NCBI GenBank assembly: GCA_965233585.1
Contig: CBDDTI010000746.1
Location: forward strand, 512,001-576,000
Length of the DNA: 64,000 nt
Reading direction: 5' to 3'
From: a bacterium
Lineage (GTDB): Bacteria > SAR324 > NAC60-12
Shown here: piece after piece, positions 1 through 9,282 of the stretch
How positions within the stretch are numbered: position 1 is the stretch's first letter
Layout: each line of letters opens with the position of its first letter
Made by a program: the position numbers and the translations under genes
The notes under the pieces: generated by a model
What the model saw: only the letters and a program-made list of their open reading frames with translations
What the model was told of the DNA's origin: nothing
Database searches by the model: none

Positions 1-1496
1 GTCAATTTGTCCACAAAATGCTTGTGTAAATCATTGACTTTTTGCCCTGTTGCTTGTTCCAGTTCTTCAATAGAGCCAAAGCAAATGTAGTCCCCTTCTT
101 CAGAAGTCCAAATCGGCAAAGGCGTCCCCCAAAAGCGGTTGCGACTGATTGCCCAGTCTCTGGCATTTTCTAGCCATTTGCCAAAACGTCCTGTCTTGAT
201 ACGTTCAGGTTGCCAGTTGATGGTCTGATTGTTTTGAATCAATTTTTCTTTGAGTGTTTCCACATTGACAAACCACGTGTCAATCGCCTTATACATCAAG
301 GGAGTGTCGGTTCTCCAACAAAACGGGTAGCTATGATGCAAGGATTGATGAACAAAAACATTCCCTTGTGTTTTGAGTGTTTTGATGATGAGAGAGTCTG
401 CCTCTTTAAAATGCTTGCCTGCAAAGTCTCCTGCCACTTTTAAAAAATAACCTTCTGAATTGATGGGGTCAAAAATCTTGATTCCTGCTTGCTGACAAAT
501 CCGCAAGTCGTCTTCACCAAAGGCGGGGGCTTGATGCACAATTCCAGAGCCACTTTCATCGCTGACGTAGTCATCGCTTAAAAGACTCCATGCGTTGTCT
601 CCACAATCAGCACCTGCAAAATCAAACAAACGCCGATAACGTTTTCCAACCAACTCTGACCCCTGATGAGTGCTGAGAATTTCAAAGGTGTCAGGTTGAA
701 AATAGTCTGCAATACGGTTTTTGCTTAAATAATAAGTCGCTCCATCTTTGAGGCTTTTGACTTTGGCATATTGTAAACTTGCCCCCACACAAAGAGCCAA
801 ATTAGAAGGCAGCGTCCAAGGGGTCGTTGTCCATGCAAGGAAAAAAGTGTCAGGTTCTCCATCAACTGCAAATCTGACAGTGAGTGAATGGTCTTGAGTG
901 TCTTTGTAGTTCAGATTTGCCTCAAAGTTAGAAAGAGGACTTGAAAGCCTTGCAGAAAACGGCACAACCTTCAAACCTTTGTAGATTAAGCCTTGATTCC
1001 AAAGTTGTGCAAAAACCCACCAGACAGATTCCATGAAGGAAAGGTCTATCGTCTTGTAATCGTTGTCAAAATCCACCCAACGACCAATCCTTTCAATCGT
1101 TTCACGCCATTGAGAAGTATAACGAAGCACGATTTTTCGGCATTCTTCATTAAATTTTTCAATACCAAATGCCTCAATGTCTGGTCTGCCATTGAGCTTG
1201 AGCATTTTTTCAATTTCAGCTTCCACAGGCAAACCGTGACAATCCCAGCCAAAGCGTCTTTCAACACGTTTGCCTTGCATGGTTTGGTAACGTGGAATGG
1301 CATCTTTGATGATACTTGCCAGCAAATGCCCATAGTGAGGCAAACCTGTCGCAAATGGAGGTCCGTCATAAAAAACAAAGGCATTGGATTGGGGCTTTTG
1401 CTCAATGGATTTTTCAAAGATTTGTCGGTCTTTCCAAAACTTCAAAACATTGAGTTCTTGTTCAGACAAAGACAGTTTGTTAGAGATTTTTTTCAT
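1..1496 (-). CDS. ileS: Isoleucine--tRNA ligase, type 2 (N-terminal part; runs off window)
   Basis: Not in the ORF track. My translation from ATG 1496 gives FYDGPPFATGLPHYGH, RRFGWDCHGLPVE, AWTTTPWTLPSN and GKWLENARDWAISRNRFWGTP. Confidence 0.96.
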   Translation of the reverse strand, partial: MKKISNKLSLSEQELNVLKFWKDRQIFEKSIEQKPQSNAFVFYDGPPFATGLPHYGHLLASIIKDAIPRYQTMQGKRVERRFGWDCHGLPVEAEIEKMLKLNGRPDIEAFGIEKFNEECRKIVLRYTSQWRETIERIGRWVDFDNDYKTIDLSFMESVWWVFAQLWNQGLIYKGLKVVPFSARLSSPLSNFEANLNYKDTQDHSLTVRFAVDGEPDTFFLAWTTTPWTLPSNLALCVGASLQYAKVKSLKDGATYYLSKNRIADYFQPDTFEILSTHQGSELVGKRYRRLFDFAGADCGDNAWSLLSDDYVSDESGSGIVHQAPAFGEDDLRICQQAGIKIFDPINSEGYFLKVAGDFAGKHFKEADSLIIKTLKTQGNVFVHQSLHHSYPFCWRTDTPLMYKAIDTWFVNVETLKEKLIQNNQTINWQPERIKTGRFGKWLENARDWAISRNRFWGTPLPIWTSEEGDYICFGSIEELEQATGQKVNDLHKHFVDKL

Positions 1497-1680
1497 AATT
1501 CAATGATGGAATGGAGTTTTAAGATATTAGATGACTCTCACCAACTTTTTGGGGTCAAAAGATTTGAGAAGAGAATGATTTAAATCATGGTTTGATAGAT
1601 TGGAGTTACTGGTGTTTGAATGCGGATTTCGCCGTAAGCTATGGAATGCTTTGCATCATAGCATCTTTGGCTTGCTAAAT

Positions 1681-4008
1681 TCAATGGGACTCTGTTGTGA
1701 TGGTGTTTGAGAAGATTCCAAAAATGCCTCCTGTTTTTTGAGGGGACTGGTTGCCATATTCAATCATAATGCTTAAATTTTGACCCCCGTGATATTCATT
1801 GCCTGAACTTTTAGGTGCTGGGTCAAAAGGCAGGCTGTACGTGTCTTCTCCCTGAAAGTCTTCAAACCATGCAAATCCATTTTGCGATGCCGCACCTTGA
1901 GACAGTTGCCCTTTTGAAAGGTAACGATCATTGCCTCCATAATCTAAAAGCATGGCAGCGCTTAAATCCCACGACATCGCTTGACCTGCAGAAATTTTGA
2001 CACGATATTGGTCATCTCCTCCTTCTTCAATGAGAACTCCTAATGCAGAATGAGCAGAAAATCCTTGGGCGTAACGTTCGCCCAGATAAAAATCTTGCTC
2101 TTCTCCTGCATTGTGCAAAAGTCCCATTGCAAAAAAATAACCGCCTCCTTGCGAGAAATTCCCTGCCTCAAAAGTATCCTTGCCCGCACCATCAAACAAC
2201 ACACCAAACCCACCTGAAGCATAGCCACGCAATCCCAGACCAAAGCCTTGAGATGCACCACGAAATGCACCCTCTCTGCCATAACTACTTGCCCATTTGC
2301 CTGATGCAAAATACTCATCATCTCCTGCACAATCAACCAAAGCCCCAACGGCTTGGACTGTCCCAACTCCCTGCGCTAGATAATGTGAACGAAATCGGTC
2401 ATCTCCCGCTTGATCCCAAAGAATTGCAATGGCGCCAAAACCTGAGGCTTGAGCAAATTCTTCTGATGTAAAATCATCATCTCCTGCCAAATCAATCAAA
2501 AGCCCCCCGCCTAAAATGGCACTGCCTTGTGCAAGATGGGTCGCACGATAGCGGTCATTCCCTGACAAATCAATCAGAAGTCCAAGCCCAAGCAAGGCAG
2601 ACCCTTGTGCAATTCCTGAAGTGGCTGAATACTCATCATCTCCTGCCAAGTCAATCAGCAAAGCGATGCTGTCACTTCTTGCAGACCCTGCATTGTTCAT
2701 GTAAAGGTCGTTGCCTCCTAAATCAATCAAAATGGCAATATCCTGTTCATAATGTGAATCTTGCGAGCTTCCAATCACAAGGCGTCCAAAGGCAGTTTGG
2801 CGGTCAAGCAATACAGCATTTTCTTGATTTTGTTGTGCCTCCCATTGCTTTAAAACACTTTGAAGTTGCCCAAGCCATTGTTGATGAGTCAACTGACTCA
2901 ACGTTTGTTGGGCAGAAAAAAGCCGTGCAAAGTCTATCTTTTTCATCAAATTGAGAACATGATGAAATTCTTCTGAAGACTTGGGATTCAGGAAAAAACT
3001 GTCATTCAACGACTGAACAAGCAAGGGGGCATACTGTTTTAAAAACAGGCGTTCTTTGAGAGAAAGCTGAGAGAATGCTAAATCTTTGAGTTTGGTAGCA
3101 TCTTCTACAATTTTCAGGAGGTAGGTCAAATGCTCTTCCATCTGGTCAGACTGAGGGGGAAGACTTGCTTTGAATTTGGGGAGGGGTGCGTCAAGCAATC
3201 TGGCAAAGTTCCCTATCAGTTCTGGAAGAGATGCGTTGTGATTGCAGTTTGGGATATTGAATTGATTGGCAAGTGATTTGAGCTTGGTTGGGTCACGATG
3301 TGCAAGAGAAATCGCACTTAGGCGAAAGTCATCAGGCGAGGCTTCGTCATCTTTGAAACGTTGCAGTAAATCATCATAAGCGTTTTGAGCTTCTTTGATG
3401 TTCAGAAACTGGTTTAATTTTTTTTGAATGGTGGCATCAGATTTTAGCCAAAAAAGTTTTTTAGTTTTTTTAGTTTTTTTCAGAAAACGTCCTTTTAAAA
3501 CTGGGGTGATTTGGAAAGTCTGGGCTTGTGTGCGGATAGTCCATTCTTGATTTTTTTGAAGGTGAAAGCCTTCAAGCTGTTGAACCAATTCATCAGTGTT
3601 GACAGGCGTCCAATCTTCTTGATTTTTACGAACTAAGGTGGTTTGTCTGACGACCTCCAATTTTAAGCGATGCCCGATGGGCTTTGACTTCACGTATTGA
3701 CTGAAAGCAGAAGACATTTCATCAAATTGCAATTTGTCAAAATGGATTCCATCATAAGACACAATGAAATCATTGACTTGCAACCCTGCTTGTTCTGCTG
3801 ACGTTCCCGGTAAGACTGTATTGATTTTGAGGGCATGTTGTTTGGGTTGAACCTGTAAAGACTCCGTTTTCACTGCCTCAAAAGACACCCCTAAAAAAGC
3901 ATGTTGTGAAGGCATGTTGTCATCATCAGGGGCAAGGGAAGGCAAAGGGTTTTGATGAGGTTTGCAGGAGATGAGAAACGCAAAGATGATGAAAGACAAG
4001 CATCTCAT
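1681..4008 (-). CDS. Lipoprotein with N-terminal PDZ domain and C-terminal D-x-x-G-x-D-x-Y repeats
   Basis: Likely start MRCLSF (4008) with lipobox-like LISC; PDZ motif FLGV...VLPGTSAEQAGLQVNDFIV; repeated LIDLAGDDEY-type units. Confidence 0.7.
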   Translation of the reverse strand: MRCLSFIIFAFLISCKPHQNPLPSLAPDDDNMPSQHAFLGVSFEAVKTESLQVQPKQHALKINTVLPGTSAEQAGLQVNDFIVSYDGIHFDKLQFDEMSSAFSQYVKSKPIGHRLKLEVVRQTTLVRKNQEDWTPVNTDELVQQLEGFHLQKNQEWTIRTQAQTFQITPVLKGRFLKKTKKTKKLFWLKSDATIQKKLNQFLNIKEAQNAYDDLLQRFKDDEASPDDFRLSAISLAHRDPTKLKSLANQFNIPNCNHNASLPELIGNFARLLDAPLPKFKASLPPQSDQMEEHLTYLLKIVEDATKLKDLAFSQLSLKERLFLKQYAPLLVQSLNDSFFLNPKSSEEFHHVLNLMKKIDFARLFSAQQTLSQLTHQQWLGQLQSVLKQWEAQQNQENAVLLDRQTAFGRLVIGSSQDSHYEQDIAILIDLGGNDLYMNNAGSARSDSIALLIDLAGDDEYSATSGIAQGSALLGLGLLIDLSGNDRYRATHLAQGSAILGGGLLIDLAGDDDFTSEEFAQASGFGAIAILWDQAGDDRFRSHYLAQGVGTVQAVGALVDCAGDDEYFASGKWASSYGREGAFRGASQGFGLGLRGYASGGFGVLFDGAGKDTFEAGNFSQGGGYFFAMGLLHNAGEEQDFYLGERYAQGFSAHSALGVLIEEGGDDQYRVKISAGQAMSWDLSAAMLLDYGGNDRYLSKGQLSQGAASQNGFAWFEDFQGEDTYSLPFDPAPKSSGNEYHGGQNLSIMIEYGNQSPQKTGGIFGIFSNTITTESH

Positions 4009-5057
4009 GGAACAGGTTTTTCTACTTTGACAATTCCACGAAGTAAGCGTCCAAGAATGTCTGCTCCTGTGATGATTCGTTTTTGGTCTGTCCCCCAATA
4101 TAAAATCAAATCACGGTCAATCACGTCATCTTCAGGGTGTTCAGAAACGACAGAAAGCTCACGCAATAAATCCCCAAAGCGAATGTTAGAGTTGCGAACA
4201 ATCAACGGACGGTGGCAATGGAAATAGGGATTAAACATGCCTTGATGATAAATCTGGTCTCTCAAAAAAGAATCTGCATCAAGTGCCATACAGGGTTGCC
4301 CTTGTTCCTCTACCAAAATAATCCATTTTCTGCCAGACCTTTGAATGCTTTGCAAAAATTCATCTTGTGGAGAGTCAAAGGACTCTGGAATGACTGGAAT
4401 CCCAAACTTGGTCTTGACTTGAACAATGCTGGAGGGGTCTATTTCTTCACCTTCTTGATGAATCTTTAAATCATCAAACTTTAAAAAATTTAATGCTCCA
4501 ACTCCCTCCACTTCTCCAATGTCAGAAGTTTTTGAGGTCATGTGTTTTTTAATCATCAAGCTAAAACTTTTTTCTTCTAGGTAAGCAGGTCTTTCACGAC
4601 CCAACCAAAAATCCAAAAATAATGCTGATGGTTTAGCGATGGGATAAAGCAAAATTTGATAGACTCGCACCAAAGGAGAGAACAATGACCCGATGTACAA
4701 AGAACGTCTTGAAAAATAGGCTTGGGGAATGATTTCTCCAAAAATGGTGATGCCTAATGTGGAAAGTAAAAACGCACTGACGCCTGAAAAAAGAGAGTCT
4801 AGCAGGATTGTAAGTAAGCAGTTGACAGAAACATTGCCCCAAAGCAGTGTAGTCAAAAGTAAGTGAGAGTCTTTGCGGAGTTCCAAAACCTTTTTGGCTC
4901 GGGTGTCTCCTGACTCTGCTTTGACTTCCAGATTAAGCCGTCCAAGACCAAACAACCCCAACGTTAATCCTGAAAAAACAGCAGATTGGACAAAACTTAA
5001 AACGATTCCTATCAATTTTAAAACGAAGAACGTGTCTCCATTTAGTTGTAGCATCAT
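4005..5057 (-). CDS. CNNM/DUF21 domain membrane protein
   Basis: SAVFSGLTLGL, LLTTLLWGNVSVN and IFGEIIPQA are CNNM transmembrane-domain motifs. Confidence 0.88.
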   Translation of the reverse strand: MMLQLNGDTFFVLKLIGIVLSFVQSAVFSGLTLGLFGLGRLNLEVKAESGDTRAKKVLELRKDSHLLLTTLLWGNVSVNCLLTILLDSLFSGVSAFLLSTLGITIFGEIIPQAYFSRRSLYIGSLFSPLVRVYQILLYPIAKPSALFLDFWLGRERPAYLEEKSFSLMIKKHMTSKTSDIGEVEGVGALNFLKFDDLKIHQEGEEIDPSSIVQVKTKFGIPVIPESFDSPQDEFLQSIQRSGRKWIILVEEQGQPCMALDADSFLRDQIYHQGMFNPYFHCHRPLIVRNSNIRFGDLLRELSVVSEHPEDDVIDRDLILYWGTDQKRIITGADILGRLLRGIVKVEKPVP

Positions 5058-5268
5058 GTGCGGTCAAAGATGGCAAAAGTCAGAGATTGTAACATGAATT
5101 TACAGGATATTCAGGTTAAAAAATTGAACATGGTTAGCTAAATCTAGTCTTTTGCCTGAAAGACTTTGATTGACTTGTTGACAGGGAACAAGGTTTGAAA
5201 AAAAACAAAAAGAAAGCTGAAAAATCGGAATGCTTCCAAAATCAGGTTAAAAATTGTCAAAAAAGGAC

Positions 5269-5298
5269 TTGACAAATTTTTGACGTTTCAATTAGAAT
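5269..5298 (+). promoter_or_regulatory. sigma70-type promoter for the leader peptide / rhodanese cluster
   Basis: TTGACA (5269-5274), 18 bp spacer, TAGAAT (5293-5298). Confidence 0.6.
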
Positions 5299-5353
5299 GT
5301 TCACTTTTTGAATTTTTCGCTAATCGCTAAAATATCTAACACAGAGTTCCCCA

Positions 5354-5440
5354 ATGAGTGACTTGATTTTACTGTCCTTTGGTATGTCATCATCTCAACC
5401 CCTTCCTTCTGACTTCTGTTGTTGCTGTTGTTGCAGCTAA
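5354..5440 (+). CDS. Putative poly-cysteine leader peptide MSDLILLSFGMSSSQPLPSDFCCCCCCS
   Basis: ATG 5354, six consecutive TGY codons (5417-5434), TAA 5438-5440; lies between the promoter and sulfur-uptake genes. Below the ORF-track cutoff. Confidence 0.7.
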   Translation: MSDLILLSFGMSSSQPLPSDFCCCCCCS

Positions 5441-5522
5441 CATCTTCTTCTTTCAAAAAGAGTTTCTTCTGTTAGGAACTCCAAATAATCAATCTCGTAC
5501 ATCTTGATTTATTTCAAAAACG

Positions 5523-5565
5523 ATTGAGAGAACCGTTTGTTCTTGAATGGCTTGTCTCAATTTTT
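5523..5565 (+). terminator. Candidate attenuator terminator hairpin
   Basis: ATTGAGA (5523-5529) pairs with TCTCAAT (5555-5561), inner CCGTTT/GAATGG stem, then a T-rich tail. Confidence 0.4.
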
Positions 5566-5685
5566 AGGCTTTTTTCACAAAGCCAACCGACTGGGAAATG
5601 TGGTTGTTTCCCAGTTGATTTGATTCACTATCATTAATAAAAGGAGAAAAAATGATAAAAAAATTCATACAACCAGCTTTGAAAA
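5540..5685 (+). repeat. Repeated 5' leader/RBS/signal-peptide-start module, copy 1
   Basis: Core GACTGGGAAATGTGGTTGTTTCCCAGT...ACTATCATT...AAAAGGAGAAAAAATGATAAAAAAATTCATACAACC; matches the copies at ~11234 and ~12177. Confidence 0.9.
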
Positions 5686-6590
5686 TATACATGGCATGTG
5701 TATTTTCATTTTCTAGTGCCTTTGCAGTGACAACTTTTCAATCACCATTGATTGATGCACAGAGTCTGTCAAAACGTCTGGGGCAAGTCACGGTCTTGGA
5801 CATACGAAGCCAGAAAGACTACAACAGCTCGCACATTACAGGTGCGGTCAATTCCCCGTATCAAAAATGGAGGGTGAGTAGAAACGGGGTAGTAGGGCTT
5901 TTGCCTGAAGCTGACTATGTGGAAAACCTTATCCAAAAGGCAGGAATTGATGAAACACAATCGGTTGTCGTGGTCTTTGGAAATGTGAAGGGTTCAGACT
6001 TTGGAAGTGCTGCAAGGGTTTACTGGACTCTTAAAGTAGCTGGGCTGACTGACATCGCAATTCTTGACGGAGGCTTCAAAAACTGGCAAGATTCAGGCTA
6101 TGAAACTGATGCACAAGCTGTAACTCCTCAAATCTCCTCCTTTACTCTTGAGAAGTTTGACGATGCTTACTTGACTGATGCGCAAGGAGTTCAAAGCTCA
6201 CAAGGAGACCCTAATGTTGTGCTATTAGATGCAAGACCAGATGACCAATATCAAGGTTACCAGAAGCATTCTAAAGCAAAATACGGAGGCACGATTCCTG
6301 ATTCTCAACAATTTTCGCAATTCAAGGTCTTTGCAGAAGATGGGACGATTGTCAATCAAGCGACTTTGAAAAAACTTGCTCAAGGTTTAAATTTTGATGG
6401 GCAAAAAAGCATCGTGTCTTTTTGTAACACTGGACATTGGGCGGCAACGAACTGGTTTGTGTTTTCTGAACTTTTAAACTATGACGTCAAACTTTATGAT
6501 GGTTCTATGGTAGATTGGACTCATAAAAACTTGGAAGTTGCTAACCAAAAAAATAGACTTCAACTTTGGTGGCATGAGGTCAGCAATTAG
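5652..6590 (+). CDS. Exported tandem-domain rhodanese / sulfurtransferase
   Basis: Signal peptide (SSAFA); HITGAVN, AARVYWTL, LDGGFKNW, active-site CNTGHWA, LYDGSMVDW. Confidence 0.92.
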   Translation: MIKKFIQPALKIYMACVFSFSSAFAVTTFQSPLIDAQSLSKRLGQVTVLDIRSQKDYNSSHITGAVNSPYQKWRVSRNGVVGLLPEADYVENLIQKAGIDETQSVVVVFGNVKGSDFGSAARVYWTLKVAGLTDIAILDGGFKNWQDSGYETDAQAVTPQISSFTLEKFDDAYLTDAQGVQSSQGDPNVVLLDARPDDQYQGYQKHSKAKYGGTIPDSQQFSQFKVFAEDGTIVNQATLKKLAQGLNFDGQKSIVSFCNTGHWAATNWFVFSELLNYDVKLYDGSMVDWTHKNLEVANQKNRLQLWWHEVSN

Positions 6591-6593
6591 CCC

Positions 6594-7745
6594 ATGTCTG
6601 TTTTAGCCTCTCTTCAATCAGTCAAGCGACTGAACTTGTACCCGGCTTTTTTGATTCCTGCTTCACTACTGCTTTATGTGGTAGTGGTTGCAGGGGTGCG
6701 AAGCACTTTGCTTATCATCTTGGGTATGATGCTGGGGTTATTTTTTGTCCAAGGCTCTATTGGTTTTACAGTGGCTTGGAGACGTTTCATTGTCTTAAAA
6801 GACCCCAGCGGTATGTTTTTGCAGTGCGTCCTTTTGGCTGTGGGTATGTTTTTGTTCATACCGACACTTTCTTCTTATGAAAGCCTTCAGCCAGCAGTAG
6901 GACCGATTAGTGTCAGTTTACTGATTGGAGCATTTTGCTTTGGCTTTTTTATGCAAATTGCCAACGGCTGTGGTTCTGGTCTTGTGGCAAACGCAAGTAG
7001 CGGGAATCAAACAGTGTTAGCCTTTTTCTTTTTTGCAATAGGAGCGTTTTTAGGGACTTTCCACTTGTCTTGGTGGCTTTCTTTAGGCAGTCTAGGTCAG
7101 GTCATTTTGTACAAAGAAGTAGGGAGTGCTTTGACCCTGATGATACAAAGTTTTGTCCTGCTGTTACTTGCTTTCATAGTGTATTTGAGATGCAAAAACA
7201 CACCTTATGACCTTTGGAAGTATCAAGGTAGAGTCCCCTTGATTTGTGTCGCTTTGGTTGCATTGACATCTTATGCTGTTTTACTGATTAGTGCAGTGCC
7301 TTGGGGAATTGTCTATGGTTTAGGACTTTGGGTTGCTAAAATCGTACAAGCATTGGGATTCTCTGTCACTAGTCTCACGTTTTGGTCTCAAGAAGCAACT
7401 CAAGCCACATTGCAAAATAGTCTTTTGTTAGACAATACTTCACTGACAAATGTTGGTTTTATGGTGGGAATTTGGGCAGTCTCTTATCTGAACAAAGTCA
7501 AAAAGCCGTTGCAATCCACTCAAAACGAGCCAAATGATCTGGAAAGAAGAAAAAAATTATTTAATGTGATTGGTGCATTGGGAGCAGGTTATTTTTCACG
7601 GGTTGCATTTGGTTGTAATATTGGTGCATTATATGGCGGAATCATCAGCAGCAGTTTACATGGTTGGATTTGGTTTGCTGCTGCTTTTTTGGGGAGTGTC
7701 TTAGCTGTCAAAGTGAGACCTTTTTGTGGTATGAAACAGACATAA
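6594..7745 (+). CDS. YeeE/YedE family sulfur-compound (thiosulfate-type) transporter
   Basis: Polytopic membrane protein with NGCGSG and FGCNIGALYGGI..SLHGWIW motifs. Confidence 0.9.
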   Translation: MSVLASLQSVKRLNLYPAFLIPASLLLYVVVVAGVRSTLLIILGMMLGLFFVQGSIGFTVAWRRFIVLKDPSGMFLQCVLLAVGMFLFIPTLSSYESLQPAVGPISVSLLIGAFCFGFFMQIANGCGSGLVANASSGNQTVLAFFFFAIGAFLGTFHLSWWLSLGSLGQVILYKEVGSALTLMIQSFVLLLLAFIVYLRCKNTPYDLWKYQGRVPLICVALVALTSYAVLLISAVPWGIVYGLGLWVAKIVQALGFSVTSLTFWSQEATQATLQNSLLLDNTSLTNVGFMVGIWAVSYLNKVKKPLQSTQNEPNDLERRKKLFNVIGALGAGYFSRVAFGCNIGALYGGIISSSLHGWIWFAAAFLGSVLAVKVRPFCGMKQT

Positions 7746-7750
7746 GCATT

Positions 7751-7945
7751 ATGAAAGTAACGCTTTATTTGATTCCAGCAATGATCCTTGCACTGTTGCT
7801 TTGGGATTTGTTTGATACGGGTGTGAATCCTTACTTGATTCCTCCCCCTTTGGGGTGGATTCAGGATTCAAATATCAATCAAGGTGCGCATTGTAGTCTT
7901 AGTACGCCTGTCAAAAAGTCAGCTGAAGATTTTTTCTTCCGTTAA
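7751..7945 (+). pseudogene. Possible N-terminal remnant of a TauC/SsuC-type ABC permease
   Basis: MKVTLYLIPAMILALLLWDLFDTGVNPYLIPPP resembles the first helix and loop of NitT/TauT permeases, then degenerates and stops. Confidence 0.4.
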
Positions 7946-8046
7946 GAAATAATTCTCTTTCTTTCATGGGGTACCGCTTTGAAAGTTTGTTTTTCAAGTG
8001 GCACTTTTCAAGCATTGTTAAGTGCATAATTGAGGGTTTGTGAACA

Positions 8047-9183
8047 ATGAGTTTGTTCCATGGTGTAGCCACTAGTGAATTTAAAGCATTTCGGGATTCA
8101 ACATACGGGCAATGGTCAGAATCTTTTTTACAGAATCTGTATATGGTTACCCTAGATGCTCTACCATTCCTAGCACTGGGATTTTTTATCGCTGGGCTGT
8201 TAAAATCTTTTGTGCCAGATAAATGGGTGTTACGAGTTCTTGGCAATCCGTCCTCTTGGTTTTTGTCCCCCTTAAAAGGAGCCGTTTTTGGAACGCCCCT
8301 GCCCCTGTGTTCATGCAGTGTGGTTCCTGTAGTTGTGGAATTAAAAAAACAAGGGGCAAACAAAGGATCATTAGTATCGTTTCTAGTATCTGGGCCTGAA
8401 ACAGGGGCGGACAGTTTAAGCCTGTCCTATGCTTTGTTAGGACCGATTATGATGGTTGCAAGATTGTTAAGTGCCTTGGCAACCGCCATTGTAACCGCGT
8501 GGACAGTTATTGTATTGACAGGTAAGCACATGCCCACACACGATACAGAGGACGGGGCATGTTGTACCCGTTCATCCCATGCCCACACACAAGATTCTTG
8601 CCGTCATACTTCCAATGATTCGCCAAAGACTTTATGGTATCGTTTTTTAATGGGGCAACGCTGTGCGTTTACCAATTTATTAGACGATGTGTTTAAATAT
8701 ATGGTGCTAGCACTGATATTTACAGCAGTGATGCGGACATTTGTGCCGGCGACATTCTTGGGACAACATAGTTATGGGTTGTTTCCCATGGCATTGGCGG
8801 TTTTGGTGGCGTTACCTATGTATGTTTGTGCGTCTGCGGCCACGCCTATTGCCGCATGGTTAATTTTATCGGGCATATCTCCCGGGGTAGCATTGGTATT
8901 TATGCTAGCCGGTCCTGCGTCCAATATTGCAACGCTAATGGTTGTTTCCAATATGTTAGGTCGATCAGCAATGATTGTTTATGTTGTGTCCATTAGTGTA
9001 CTGTCCATACTGGCAGGGCAGGCATTAAACACACTAGAAGCCATATACAACTGGAACATTTTATCCCAAACAGGGCAAGGCTATATCTTAAACAAACAAA
9101 TCGCCCTTGCCCTGAGTATATTTATTATCCTATGTGCTATTAAACCCTTACGAAAATATATAGGCAAAACGATTTATGTGTAG
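8047..9183 (+). CDS. DUF318 / SO_0444-type metal or metalloid permease
   Basis: PLPLCSCSVVP, FLVSGPETGADS, PMYVCASAATP, LAGPASNIAT; His/Cys-rich loop ACCTRSSHAH. Confidence 0.88.
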   Translation: MSLFHGVATSEFKAFRDSTYGQWSESFLQNLYMVTLDALPFLALGFFIAGLLKSFVPDKWVLRVLGNPSSWFLSPLKGAVFGTPLPLCSCSVVPVVVELKKQGANKGSLVSFLVSGPETGADSLSLSYALLGPIMMVARLLSALATAIVTAWTVIVLTGKHMPTHDTEDGACCTRSSHAHTQDSCRHTSNDSPKTLWYRFLMGQRCAFTNLLDDVFKYMVLALIFTAVMRTFVPATFLGQHSYGLFPMALAVLVALPMYVCASAATPIAAWLILSGISPGVALVFMLAGPASNIATLMVVSNMLGRSAMIVYVVSISVLSILAGQALNTLEAIYNWNILSQTGQGYILNKQIALALSIFIILCAIKPLRKYIGKTIYV

Positions 9184-9282
9184 TGTTATATAATTTATGG
9201 AAAAATAAATAATTCAAAATACTCTAGAGCCTTGATTCTTTTTTGAAAAAGATGAAATGATAATTTTTGACAAAAAACTCAC

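Noticed and set aside
210..1583. ORF-track ORFs 210-443, 993-1583 and 1046-1417
   Set aside because: Antisense or off-frame shadows of ileS.
1497..1680. T-box riboswitch upstream of ileS
   Set aside because: No T-box consensus seen; only a hairpin (~1639-1662) that fits a terminator of the upstream gene.
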